IMG/VR virus record: IMGVR_UViG_3300037247_001786
Coordinates: 224,001 to 288,000 of that record
DNA length: 64,000 bases
Reading direction: 5' to 3' (one strand)
Origin: a virus
Lineage: Duplodnaviria > Caudoviricetes
The first letter of the stretch is position 1. Every line of letters begins with the position of its first letter. The position numbers were made by a program, and so were the translations under genes. The notes beneath the pieces are model-generated. The model was not told the DNA's origin. It saw nothing but the letters and a program-made list of their open reading frames with translations, and did not search any database. Of this stretch, positions 46,506-55,145 are shown piece by piece.

Positions 46506-47426
46506 ATGGCAGATCCTAATGGAACATTTTTACAAATAGCTTACGGAGGATATATGTTAGTATCTCCTTCTACTACAGTTAAAGAAACATTAGTGTATTC
46601 TGAACCAGGTTTTACGACTATGAGTCCAATAGAATTTGCTATTCCTAAAAGTGATCAATTTTATTTTATAATTAGAAAAAGAAATAATATTTTTGGAACA
46701 ACTTTTGAGGATACAGATATTACTAATTTAGTAACAACGGTAACAGATGCTACTTGGGGTATAAATCTTGAATCGAACTTAGAGGATTTTAGTTCATCGG
46801 TTGCGTCTTATGATGCAAATTGGGAAGATGGTCAATCCGATGCTAAAAAAGTTATTTTAACTGTTAATAGCGGAACTCCCCTTGCCGATCCAGTTAGTAG
46901 GATTAGAGTTATTGATTGTAAGATAAAAGATAAAAGAGATAACGCCTTTTTGTCATTTAGAGTTTTGGTAGATGATTCCAATAAGGTTTTTAATTATCTA
47001 TTAGTAGATTCAAATACAGTCACTCAAAGAGATGACTCTTCTACCTCTGGGTCTACTTTAATTGCAGAGCTTGACGGAGAAGGAGATTCTCATATTTTAA
47101 TATCGCCATTTGCTTCTTTTTTTGAGGTTTCTAAGGGGAGCCATGATTTTGATTATCCTTTAAATACTATTTTCTATAAAAGACAATCAACATATAATAA
47201 AGAAAATTTTACTTATCAGATAAGCGGCTATAGCGATTCTTTTCTGTTAGAGAATGTTAGAATTAAAAATGTTCCCGGATATCCTCAAATGGGAGTTGTT
47301 ATTATAGATAGAAATCTATTTGCAGAAATAGCAAGTGTAGAAAGAGAGATATATGTAGATTTGGAAGTAAGGGGCATTATTAGTGAAATGAGAGATACTT
47401 TTAGGGTTAATTTTGTTAGGACATAA
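46506..47426 (+). CDS. Hypothetical beta-rich protein, probably virion structural
   Basis: Acidic, Ser/Thr/Asp-rich, beta-strand pattern; lies among MxWYK genes. Confidence 0.5.
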   Translation: MADPNGTFLQIAYGGYMLVSPSTTVKETLVYSEPGFTTMSPIEFAIPKSDQFYFIIRKRNNIFGTTFEDTDITNLVTTVTDATWGINLESNLEDFSSSVASYDANWEDGQSDAKKVILTVNSGTPLADPVSRIRVIDCKIKDKRDNAFLSFRVLVDDSNKVFNYLLVDSNTVTQRDDSSTSGSTLIAELDGEGDSHILISPFASFFEVSKGSHDFDYPLNTIFYKRQSTYNKENFTYQISGYSDSFLLENVRIKNVPGYPQMGVVIIDRNLFAEIASVEREIYVDLEVRGIISEMRDTFRVNFVRT

Positions 47427-47427
47427 A

Positions 47428-47928
47428 ATGAGTTGGTACAAACAAGCAAATAATAAAGCTATTTTTGATAAGATAAAAACTATTTTAAAAACTAATAGTT
47501 TTATAAGAAGTCTTATGTCAGATTATAATATATCTACAGAAGATATAGATCAGCATTTAGATTTTGAAATTAAAGAATTGGACGGCAAGTTTGCAGAAGG
47601 TAATGGATTGTTGATAACTCTTGATCCAAAATTATTTGCAGAGAAAGATTTCTTTAAAAATAAATTTCATTTTGTAGTTCATGAGTTCTTTCATTGGATA
47701 AAAAGGCGTTCAGAATCTAAGTTTTACTTTAATGACTCAGAAGAAGTTCAAAGTTTTGTATTGGCTATTGCTTGGGAAATTATTGCCGGAAAGGGTAGCG
47801 AAGAAATATACAAATCAATATATCCAATAGTTGAAGCTCATTTTGAAAATAAAGAAAACTCTCAAGAAGTATTTGAAGATATGATAGATAAAGCTAATAA
47901 ACTCATTGAGGTTCATCAGAGTAGTTAA
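47428..47928 (+). CDS. MxWYK-family protein with HExxH zincin motif
   Basis: Starts MSWYKQAN; VVHEFFHW followed by DSEEVQS. Confidence 0.6.
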   Translation: MSWYKQANNKAIFDKIKTILKTNSFIRSLMSDYNISTEDIDQHLDFEIKELDGKFAEGNGLLITLDPKLFAEKDFFKNKFHFVVHEFFHWIKRRSESKFYFNDSEEVQSFVLAIAWEIIAGKGSEEIYKSIYPIVEAHFENKENSQEVFEDMIDKANKLIEVHQSS

Positions 47929-47959
47929 TTTATTACATACAGGAGTAAATTAGTGTCGC

Positions 47960-50344
47960 ATGGCAATACACATAATAGAACTAATTAACCCTTGCGATAG
48001 ACCTAATTGTGGAGATTTTCCCTTTTTAGAGTTCGTAAGTTTTCCAGGAACGGCAGCCCATTTGCAAAATATGTCAGTGTCATGGAGAATACTTAATACA
48101 GATTCTGTTCCTACAAATACAGAAGTTCATTACTCGTTGAATAGCTCTTCACTCGATAATAGAGTTAATTCAGCAACGTCAAATGGCATTTATAGTGCTG
48201 GAGATAACTTATTTTCTATTATACCTTTTCAGGGGAAGCATGGGGTATTGTTAATACAGGCAAGAGCTATTATTGATGGAGTAATGTATCTTAGCGATAT
48301 CGAGTCTATTGTTATTGACATCTCTTCAGCTAGTTGTTTTCCTGAATGGATTGTTGATCCAGATACACCAGGAAATTTACGAACTGATGTCTATATGGAA
48401 TTTGGGACATGGTATGTTCCAGATCATATACAGATAATAGGTAATTACGATACGGACACTTGTTCAGGAAATGTACTCTATGATACTGGATGTGCAAGTA
48501 CGTTAGATCGTAATTCAAGATATCCGGGAGCTTATCCTCCGACACTGTGGAACTCTGGTTTGCAGTTATACCCTCATGATGAAGCTTTATATTTAAATAG
48601 TAGAGATAAGTTACCTGATGTGGCTGATTTTCAACTCGGAGGTATTTGGCATGATTGTTTCCAAATACATGAGTCTGATTTGCCTATAGGGGTAAGAACG
48701 GTTCCTAATTGTTTTAACAGTTCAGGGACTGCCTACGCTTTTTATGTTTTAGGTCCAGACTTTAGTATAGACAGATTTGGAAGTACAAAAACAGATGACT
48801 TAGACTGCCAAGACGTTAGAACTCTTAAAGCAACAATACACTATCAGACTTATACTATAAGAGATGATATAATAGTGTTCTCTAGCTCTTTAGGAGACCC
48901 TTGTAATGAGCCTATAGATCCCGATAAAGTACTATGGAGAAGTGGTTGCGTTGGGACAGCACGTGGCGAGGGTCCTGGATTGTCAGGTGGTGAATTCGGA
49001 TCGACAGGAAAATATGATACTTTTAAATATTCAGAAATTGATACTCCTTTTACTATTTCTGTCCTCCCTAATTGTGGTGGGACTTCCGGGACAGCGTGGT
49101 GTGCTAAGGTTTATTACGAAGACGGGTCGTTAGCTTGGGATAATTGTGGAACAGATACTCCTGTCTGTTCAGATAGTGATACGGAAGCACCTACTCCTGA
49201 TCCGGCTACGTTTGCTATTGCTCCTGGTGCTGACAGCGATACTGCTATCAGTATGACGGCTACGACTGGAACTGATGCTACGGGGCCGGTTGAATATTAC
49301 TTTGCTGAAACTTCCGGCAGTCCTGGAGGTAATGATTCCGGATGGCAGACATCGCCGAGTTATACCGACAGTGGTTTGACCGCAAGTACTCAGTACACTT
49401 ATACGGTTCAGATGCGTGACTCTGTAACACCTCCGAATGTCGGCACCTCATCGTCTTCTGTCAATGCGACTACGAACGACCCTCCAACTTTTACTCTAAA
49501 AGACACTATAGATGATGGAGGGTCTGCTTTAAATGTATGGGGTGATGGTACTCATATTTATTTGGCAAATGCAGATAGTTTAAGGGCTTACACTTTTAAT
49601 GGAACAATTTTTATTAATGTAGGAATTAAAATTGACGGTGGCAATTTGAAAGTTGGCGTATGGGGTGATGGTACTTATATTTATTTGGCAAATAAGGGAG
49701 ATGGTCTAAGGGCTTATACCTTTAATGGTACAACTTTTACTCTAAAAGACACTATAGATGATGGAGGGGAAGCTTTTAATGTATGGGTCGATGGCACTTA
49801 TATTTATTTAGCAAATGATACTGATGGTTTAAGAGCTTACACTTTTAATGGAACAACCTTTACTAATGTAGGGCATGAAGTCGTCGGAGGGGAAGCTTTT
49901 AATGTATGGGGTGATGGTACTTATATTTATTTGGCAAATAAGGGAGATGGTCTAAGGGCTTATACCTTTAATGGTACAACTTTTACTCTAAAAGACACTA
50001 TAGATGATGGAGGGTCTGCCGTAGGCATATGGGGTGACGGCACTTATATTTATTTAGCAAATGATACTGATGGTTTAAGAGCTTACACTTTTAATGGAAC
50101 AACCTTTACTAATGTGGGGCATATAGATGATGGAGGCTTTGCTTTCGGCGTATGGACAGACGGCACTTATATTTATTTAGCAAATGATACTGATGGTTTA
50201 AGAGCTTATACCTTTAATGGAACAACCTTTACTAATGTGGGGCATATAAATGATGGAGGTAATTCTAGAAATGTTTGGAGCGATGGTACTTATATTTATT
50301 TGACTAGTAGCAATAGTGGTTTGAGAGCTTATACTTTTGTATAA
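47960..50344 (+). CDS. Large modular surface/virion protein: duplicated Cys-rich domain, FN3-like domain, 7-bladed LVIVD-like beta-propeller
   Basis: Two TY.VPD/IRD..G C..PNC..SGTA copies; VEYYF..SGWQ..YTD.GL..TQYTYTVQMRD FN3; seven ~41-aa repeats. Confidence 0.7.
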   Translation: MAIHIIELINPCDRPNCGDFPFLEFVSFPGTAAHLQNMSVSWRILNTDSVPTNTEVHYSLNSSSLDNRVNSATSNGIYSAGDNLFSIIPFQGKHGVLLIQARAIIDGVMYLSDIESIVIDISSASCFPEWIVDPDTPGNLRTDVYMEFGTWYVPDHIQIIGNYDTDTCSGNVLYDTGCASTLDRNSRYPGAYPPTLWNSGLQLYPHDEALYLNSRDKLPDVADFQLGGIWHDCFQIHESDLPIGVRTVPNCFNSSGTAYAFYVLGPDFSIDRFGSTKTDDLDCQDVRTLKATIHYQTYTIRDDIIVFSSSLGDPCNEPIDPDKVLWRSGCVGTARGEGPGLSGGEFGSTGKYDTFKYSEIDTPFTISVLPNCGGTSGTAWCAKVYYEDGSLAWDNCGTDTPVCSDSDTEAPTPDPATFAIAPGADSDTAISMTATTGTDATGPVEYYFAETSGSPGGNDSGWQTSPSYTDSGLTASTQYTYTVQMRDSVTPPNVGTSSSSVNATTNDPPTFTLKDTIDDGGSALNVWGDGTHIYLANADSLRAYTFNGTIFINVGIKIDGGNLKVGVWGDGTYIYLANKGDGLRAYTFNGTTFTLKDTIDDGGEAFNVWVDGTYIYLANDTDGLRAYTFNGTTFTNVGHEVVGGEAFNVWGDGTYIYLANKGDGLRAYTFNGTTFTLKDTIDDGGSAVGIWGDGTYIYLANDTDGLRAYTFNGTTFTNVGHIDDGGFAFGVWTDGTYIYLANDTDGLRAYTFNGTTFTNVGHINDGGNSRNVWSDGTYIYLTSSNSGLRAYTFV
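49487..50341 (+). repeat. Seven coding tandem repeats of ~123 bp (246-bp dimer period)
   Basis: 49658-49768 identical to 49904-50014 (111 nt); unit DGG..VW.DGTYIYLAN..GLRAYTFNGT. Confidence 0.9.
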
Positions 50345-50398
50345 TATTGGATAGTCAATCCTCATTTTTTGCAAGAAATGGGCATTTTTACTTCATAT

Positions 50399-50427
50399 AA
50401 AGGTTTTTTATCGTAAAAATAGAATGA
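50399..50427 (+). promoter_or_regulatory. Candidate SigH-type promoter
   Basis: AAAGGTTTT-11 nt-ATAGAATGA resembles the Firmicutes SigH consensus (AGGA..GAAT) with two mismatches. Confidence 0.3.
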
Positions 50428-50471
50428 TAAGTGATACAAAATCGCTTATAATTCTATACAGGAGACCTCAA

Positions 50472-51176
50472 ATGCGAAAGCTAAAAGTTACCCGATACAA
50501 ACAGAAACCAGGACATTGTGCGATTGCCGCTTGTGCGACAGTAGGGAATTCTCACAACCAAGGTATAGACTATGAACAATCTCAAGAAATAGCTAAAAAG
50601 AAAGTGGTGAAAAATATAGATGAAGGTTTGGATTCTGGCGAAATAGGAAGTCTTCTGAACCATTTAGGGTTTCAAAAAGTAACTGTAGTTACCACAAATT
50701 TACATATTTTTGACTATTCATGGAACAAATATAAAAAGAATCATCTTATTTCTACAATGAAAGAGATGGGGAAATTTTATAAAGGAGAATATCGAGAAGT
50801 TCTCAAATCCTTACGCAAATGGTTAGAATTGGAACAGTTCGATAATAACATAATCATAGATTATGATTTTAGCAAATATATAAGACAAACCTTAGATAAT
50901 AAGAACCCGCTTGTTTTATCATTTAATTGGACAATGTATTTTAAATATACCAAACAAGGAGAAACTAAGCTTGACTCGATTAAAGGAGAAATGGAAGAAC
51001 ACGCTGTTGTTGCTTACGGGTATAGTAAGAAAGGGGTATATATTTGCGACAGTCACCATGAATGCTATAAATATAAATTGAAAAGATATAGAAGTGGACT
51101 TTACGTTATTCCTTGGGAGCATCTTATGACGATAATGGGTTTGGGGGATTTATACATACCAGAATGCTATGAATAA
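50472..51176 (+). CDS. Peptidase C39-like cysteine protease
   Basis: YKQKPGHCAIAA (Q..C), EHAVVAYGY (H), ICDS (D); RBS AGGAG before ATG 50472. Confidence 0.75.
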   Translation: MRKLKVTRYKQKPGHCAIAACATVGNSHNQGIDYEQSQEIAKKKVVKNIDEGLDSGEIGSLLNHLGFQKVTVVTTNLHIFDYSWNKYKKNHLISTMKEMGKFYKGEYREVLKSLRKWLELEQFDNNIIIDYDFSKYIRQTLDNKNPLVLSFNWTMYFKYTKQGETKLDSIKGEMEEHAVVAYGYSKKGVYICDSHHECYKYKLKRYRSGLYVIPWEHLMTIMGLGDLYIPECYE

Positions 51177-52335
51177 TAAAACAATAACAATTGATAAAAA
51201 ACTTTATGATAAATTAATTTCTAATGAAAAAGAAATTGAAAAAAGTTTACATCTTAACGAGACATTATTAGACGCTATTCCCCATCCTGCGATGCTTATT
51301 GATAAACATAGAATAGTTTTAGCGGCTAATGAAAAAGCTAGAGATATGGGAGCCCAAGTAGGAGGTCTTTGCTATGAAGGATTTTCTACATGTCGAGATA
51401 TCTGTAAAAGTCAAGGTAATTGCTGTTTCTGTAACAGAGAATTAGATATAGATCAGATGGACAGTAAGAATATAGAAATAGAAGCTTACGATAATGTTTG
51501 GGATACATGGTGGGTACCTGTTGATAAGAGTTCTTTTCTTCATTATTCTGTTGATATAACAAATATCCGTAGAGGTGAACAGATTTTAATCGAGTCGGCA
51601 AAAGAGTTAGAATCCAGCAATAAGGAGCTTGAGCAATTTGCATATATTGCTTCTCATGACTTACAAGAACCTCTTAGAGTTGTTTCTACCTATTGCCAAC
51701 TTATTGAAATACTAGCGGATAAGATTTATTTTCGATCTTTAAACAAACAAGAAAAAGAAGAACTTCATCAATATATAACATTTACTACAGACGCTACAAA
51801 TAGAATGCGTTTTTTAATAAAAGATTTATTAGAATTTTCGAGAGTGGGAATGTCTGATGATGATTATGAGATGATAGATATCAATGATGTAATTAAAAAT
51901 ACTATTAAAGATTTTGAGATAGCTATTCAGGATAATGATGCAATTATAGAACATGCATCGATGCCAACCATTATGGGTAAAAGAAGAAGAATAAGCCAAG
52001 TTTTTCATAATATCGTTAGCAATGCAATGAAATTTAAAAGTGATAGAGATGTAGTTATTTCCATTGGGGCAGAAGAGAGGAAAAACGACTGGCTATTTTC
52101 TATTTCAGATACTGGTATAGGTATCGTTGAAGATCAACAAGAGAGAGTCTTCGGTATTTTTAAGAGGCTTCATAGTAGGGAAGATTATCCCGGAACTGGT
52201 ATAGGGTTAGCTTTAGTTAAGAAGATAGTAGAAAATCATGGAGGAAAAGTGTGGATAGAATCGATTGTAGGAGAAGGCTCTACTTTCTATTTTACTATTC
52301 CTAAAAGTTGGGAAATGATAAAAACGATAAAATAA
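51169..52335 (+). CDS. Soluble PAS sensor histidine kinase (Cph1/bacteriophytochrome-type transmitter)
   Basis: EQFAYIASHDLQEPLR H-box, NIVSNAMKF N-box, DTGIGI, FKRLH, GTGIGLA, GEGSTFYF; Cys-rich PAS; no TM segment. Confidence 0.92.
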   Translation: MNNKTITIDKKLYDKLISNEKEIEKSLHLNETLLDAIPHPAMLIDKHRIVLAANEKARDMGAQVGGLCYEGFSTCRDICKSQGNCCFCNRELDIDQMDSKNIEIEAYDNVWDTWWVPVDKSSFLHYSVDITNIRRGEQILIESAKELESSNKELEQFAYIASHDLQEPLRVVSTYCQLIEILADKIYFRSLNKQEKEELHQYITFTTDATNRMRFLIKDLLEFSRVGMSDDDYEMIDINDVIKNTIKDFEIAIQDNDAIIEHASMPTIMGKRRRISQVFHNIVSNAMKFKSDRDVVISIGAEERKNDWLFSISDTGIGIVEDQQERVFGIFKRLHSREDYPGTGIGLALVKKIVENHGGKVWIESIVGEGSTFYFTIPKSWEMIKTIK

Positions 52336-52344
52336 TTATTTTGT

Positions 52345-52373
52345 TTGTAAAGTGATTTATTATTTAGTATATT
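52345..52373 (+). promoter_or_regulatory. sigma70-type promoter (AGTG class)
   Basis: TTGTAA-AGTGATTTATTATTTAG(17)-TATATT. Confidence 0.6.
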
Positions 52374-52412
52374 GATTAAAGTAATATTCGATTATATGTC
52401 GAGTATAAAGTG

Positions 52413-52465
52413 GGCAGTCGTAGAACTGCCAATAGAGAGGTAGCCGTAGATGCTACCATAGAGAG
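52413..52465 (+). promoter_or_regulatory. Two tandem leader hairpins with identical loop and tail
   Basis: GGCAGT-CGTAGA-ACTGCC-A-ATAGAGA and GGTAGC-CGTAGA-T-GCTACC-ATAGAGAG. Confidence 0.65.
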
Positions 52466-52496
52466 TAAAAGTTTAAAGTAAAAGGAGAGAATAACC

Positions 52497-53369
52497 ATGA
52501 GTTATGATCAAAAAATCGCGTCCGCACGGGCAACAATCAATTCTCACAACGAGAATATCGAAGCAGAAAATCAAATCAATTTCGACGAGTTCTTAAAATC
52601 ACTTCAAAAAGAAGGCGGGACTTCAGAAGCATCTTTATCTCAATGTAGTTGGGAGCTATTGCAGAAATTAAGTCTTCCTATTCTTATCGCTAAACAAGTT
52701 GGTAAGATATTTAGAGGTAAATCAGATGGAAAGAATAAAACAGTCTATGTATCTGAAAGAAAAGCTTCATGCATGACCCCAGTAGAGCTTCTTGAAAGAT
52801 ATATTCCTCAAGATATTGACAATGCTGTTGGAGAAAGACTTCAAAAAGTATCAAGAGGGCTACTTTGTATTGTCTTTAATGATGACGGTTCAGTTAATGT
52901 AGAAAAATCTGCTGAACTTATAAAAGACATACAAAATGATTTGCCGGAAATAGATAAGGTTTCAGTTGACGGTGTCCCAAAACAGGTTTTCCGAATTGGA
53001 GAAAGAACAGATAATTATGCTGATGAAAATCCAATTTATCCTGGTAGAGTATTGAGGTCAGGAGAGACTTGTGACCAAACTTTGCGTTCTTGGAAGGGAG
53101 TTGATATTACGATCAGACAGCTATTGCATTTGGCGGTAACAGAAACTGATGAGATTACTATTAGCTCTATTGAAGATGCTCATAATGTTTTAGACAAAGC
53201 TGTTGGTTCAAATGCTTTTAAGATAATTCAAAGTAGATATCCAGAATCTTCAATTCTTTGGCAGAAGCGTCTTAAAACAGGGAAACTTCCTATATTAAAA
53301 ATTGCATTAGGAACAAATAGTTCTAATAGTAAAAAGGATGATCCTTTCTACGCAAATAGAACTTACTAA
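52497..53369 (+). CDS. Hypothetical protein
   Basis: 290 aa, RBS AAGGAG. Confidence 0.65.
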   Translation: MSYDQKIASARATINSHNENIEAENQINFDEFLKSLQKEGGTSEASLSQCSWELLQKLSLPILIAKQVGKIFRGKSDGKNKTVYVSERKASCMTPVELLERYIPQDIDNAVGERLQKVSRGLLCIVFNDDGSVNVEKSAELIKDIQNDLPEIDKVSVDGVPKQVFRIGERTDNYADENPIYPGRVLRSGETCDQTLRSWKGVDITIRQLLHLAVTETDEITISSIEDAHNVLDKAVGSNAFKIIQSRYPESSILWQKRLKTGKLPILKIALGTNSSNSKKDDPFYANRTY

Positions 53370-53376
53370 TCTTTTA

Positions 53377-53400
53377 AGGGGCAGCGATGCCCCTATTTTT
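53377..53400 (+). terminator. Intra-operon terminator-like hairpin
   Basis: AGGGGCA-GCGA-TGCCCCT followed by ATTTTT. Confidence 0.6.
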
Positions 53401-53418
53401 AATATAGGAGAAAATCAA

Positions 53419-54672
53419 ATGAGTACAAAAATGAACGTAAAAGAATTTATTTGCACTTTGCATATGCCAAATAAATTAGAACAGATAATTGTAAATGGCG
53501 AAGAAAGACCACATTCTCTACCTCCAGGAAATGCAAGAGAAGCTCATCCTGTTGATTCTTACCCTGCTTGCCCAGACAGTTGGATGAATGGGTCAGATAT
53601 CGCAAGTAGTTATTTCGTAGGAGTAGAAGAAGATAAGGGTATGTGGATGGATTTTAACGATTGTCATTTTCTAGATAGGGATGTTGCTGTAGTAATTAGT
53701 GTTCAGGGAATTAACCCTATTACTGGTCAAAAGACAGATACTTTAAGATTAGAGCAATATAAAGAAAAGTGTCCTATCCATGATGTTTCTTTTCAACAGG
53801 ATAATTATTGTCCTAAGTGTAAGTTTGACTGGCCAGATCAAAATTATTTAGCGACTACAGGAACTAATCATCCTTATTTCTGGTTAGATGGTTTCCGCAG
53901 ACCTGATGGAACTGTTAGACAATACATCTTTACTTCTGAAGAGTTAAAGGGGGTAGCTAGTCAGTTGATAGGAAAAGATAAAGTCTATGCTATAGGTATC
54001 GCTTTTTATTACAGTAAAGAGAAAAAACCTGTTAGACAGAAACCTATCTCCTCTAGATCAGTTTGTATGGATTTTGACAATGATTTTATTCATAAATATA
54101 CTCCGCATACTTATGGACCTACTTCTATTGATTGGGACTCTACGAATGTTCCAGATATGATAATAGGAGGAGATACTTCTTGGCAAACAGATTTAGATTT
54201 TCAATCTGAGACATTGTCTGGGAAGGGGGGGTTAACTTGTGGGAAGATATCAGCTCAAAACCATGAGCCTAAAATAGGATGCAATGCTTTTAAATCTCTT
54301 GGACCGACAACAAAAGAGGGAATATTTCTTCCTGACCAATCTTCTTCAAAGGCTGGGTTATGTTCGCCGAACCTTATAGGCAGAAAACCTGGGGGCGTTG
54401 TCAAAGCTAAAAAATCTAAAACTTATAAGGTAAATAGCATGTCTATACCTATTGAAAAGGTTAAGGCTGTTAAAAAACTTGAGGTTGGTGCAGGGGCTTT
54501 AATAAGTCAAAAAATTAATAGAGATCCTGAGAAGATGGAATATTGGGAAGAAGAGCCTGCTGGCATGATTTATATTAATTACTGCGATGTAGAAACTTCT
54601 TCGAAGATAGTTGAAGCTGGAAAGATAGAAAAGCAGTCTGAAGGCTTTATGAAAGATATAACTGTAGGTTAA
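53419..54672 (+). CDS. Conserved-looking protein of unknown function (LPPG..MW.DF..QNY..WLDG..VRQ family)
   Basis: RBS AGGAG at MSTKM; motif string recalled from an uncharacterised bacterial/fungal family; internal CPIH..CPKC ribbon. Confidence 0.5.
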   Translation: MSTKMNVKEFICTLHMPNKLEQIIVNGEERPHSLPPGNAREAHPVDSYPACPDSWMNGSDIASSYFVGVEEDKGMWMDFNDCHFLDRDVAVVISVQGINPITGQKTDTLRLEQYKEKCPIHDVSFQQDNYCPKCKFDWPDQNYLATTGTNHPYFWLDGFRRPDGTVRQYIFTSEELKGVASQLIGKDKVYAIGIAFYYSKEKKPVRQKPISSRSVCMDFDNDFIHKYTPHTYGPTSIDWDSTNVPDMIIGGDTSWQTDLDFQSETLSGKGGLTCGKISAQNHEPKIGCNAFKSLGPTTKEGIFLPDQSSSKAGLCSPNLIGRKPGGVVKAKKSKTYKVNSMSIPIEKVKAVKKLEVGAGALISQKINRDPEKMEYWEEEPAGMIYINYCDVETSSKIVEAGKIEKQSEGFMKDITVG

Positions 54673-54677
54673 ATTTT

Positions 54678-54713
54678 ATAAAAGAGGATCTATTAACGTA
54701 GGTTCTCTTTTAT
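54678..54713. terminator. Bidirectional terminator between convergent genes
   Basis: ATAAAAGAGGATCTA-TTAACG-TAGGTTCTCTTTTAT followed by T tract. Confidence 0.8.
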
Positions 54714-55123
54714 TTTTTTCTTTTTTTGAAGTTTAACGAATAAGTAGCATAATTGATTGATCTGGAAAGTTCTTTTTTATTTTCGATTACTTCTCCTTTA
54801 ATTAAGAAATCTCTTATTCCGTGTTTAAAGGCTTCCGTTCCAATAATATGATCTTCTAATCCAGTTAATATAATTATGGGTGTTTTTATTTTATTGTTTT
54901 TAAGTTCTTCTGTCATTAAGGTTATTGTTTGAATACCTTCACTTTCTGGCAATCCTAAATCTAATAAAATAAGATCAAATTCTTTTTCTTTTAATTTCTG
55001 GAAAGCTTTAGATAAGCTACCGCACTCTTCTATTTGCAAATTTTCAAATAAATCATATTCTTCAATATATTTTTTATAAATTTTTCTATCTGCTGGGTTG
55101 TCGTCAATAATTAATATCTTCAT
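54710..55123 (-). CDS. Stand-alone response regulator (REC only)
   Basis: ILIIDD, ILLDLGLP phospho-Asp, LTG, LIKG. Confidence 0.9.
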   Translation of the reverse strand: MKILIIDDNPADRKIYKKYIEEYDLFENLQIEECGSLSKAFQKLKEKEFDLILLDLGLPESEGIQTITLMTEELKNNKIKTPIIILTGLEDHIIGTEAFKHGIRDFLIKGEVIENKKELSRSINYATYSLNFKKRKK

Positions 55124-55145
55124 TTTTTTCCTCTCTGATTCTACA

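Noticed and set aside
49487-50341. Regular DNA repeats as a CRISPR array or DGR template/variable repeat
   Set aside because: Repeats are in-frame coding blades without unique spacers; differences are not adenine-restricted and no reverse transcriptase is in the window
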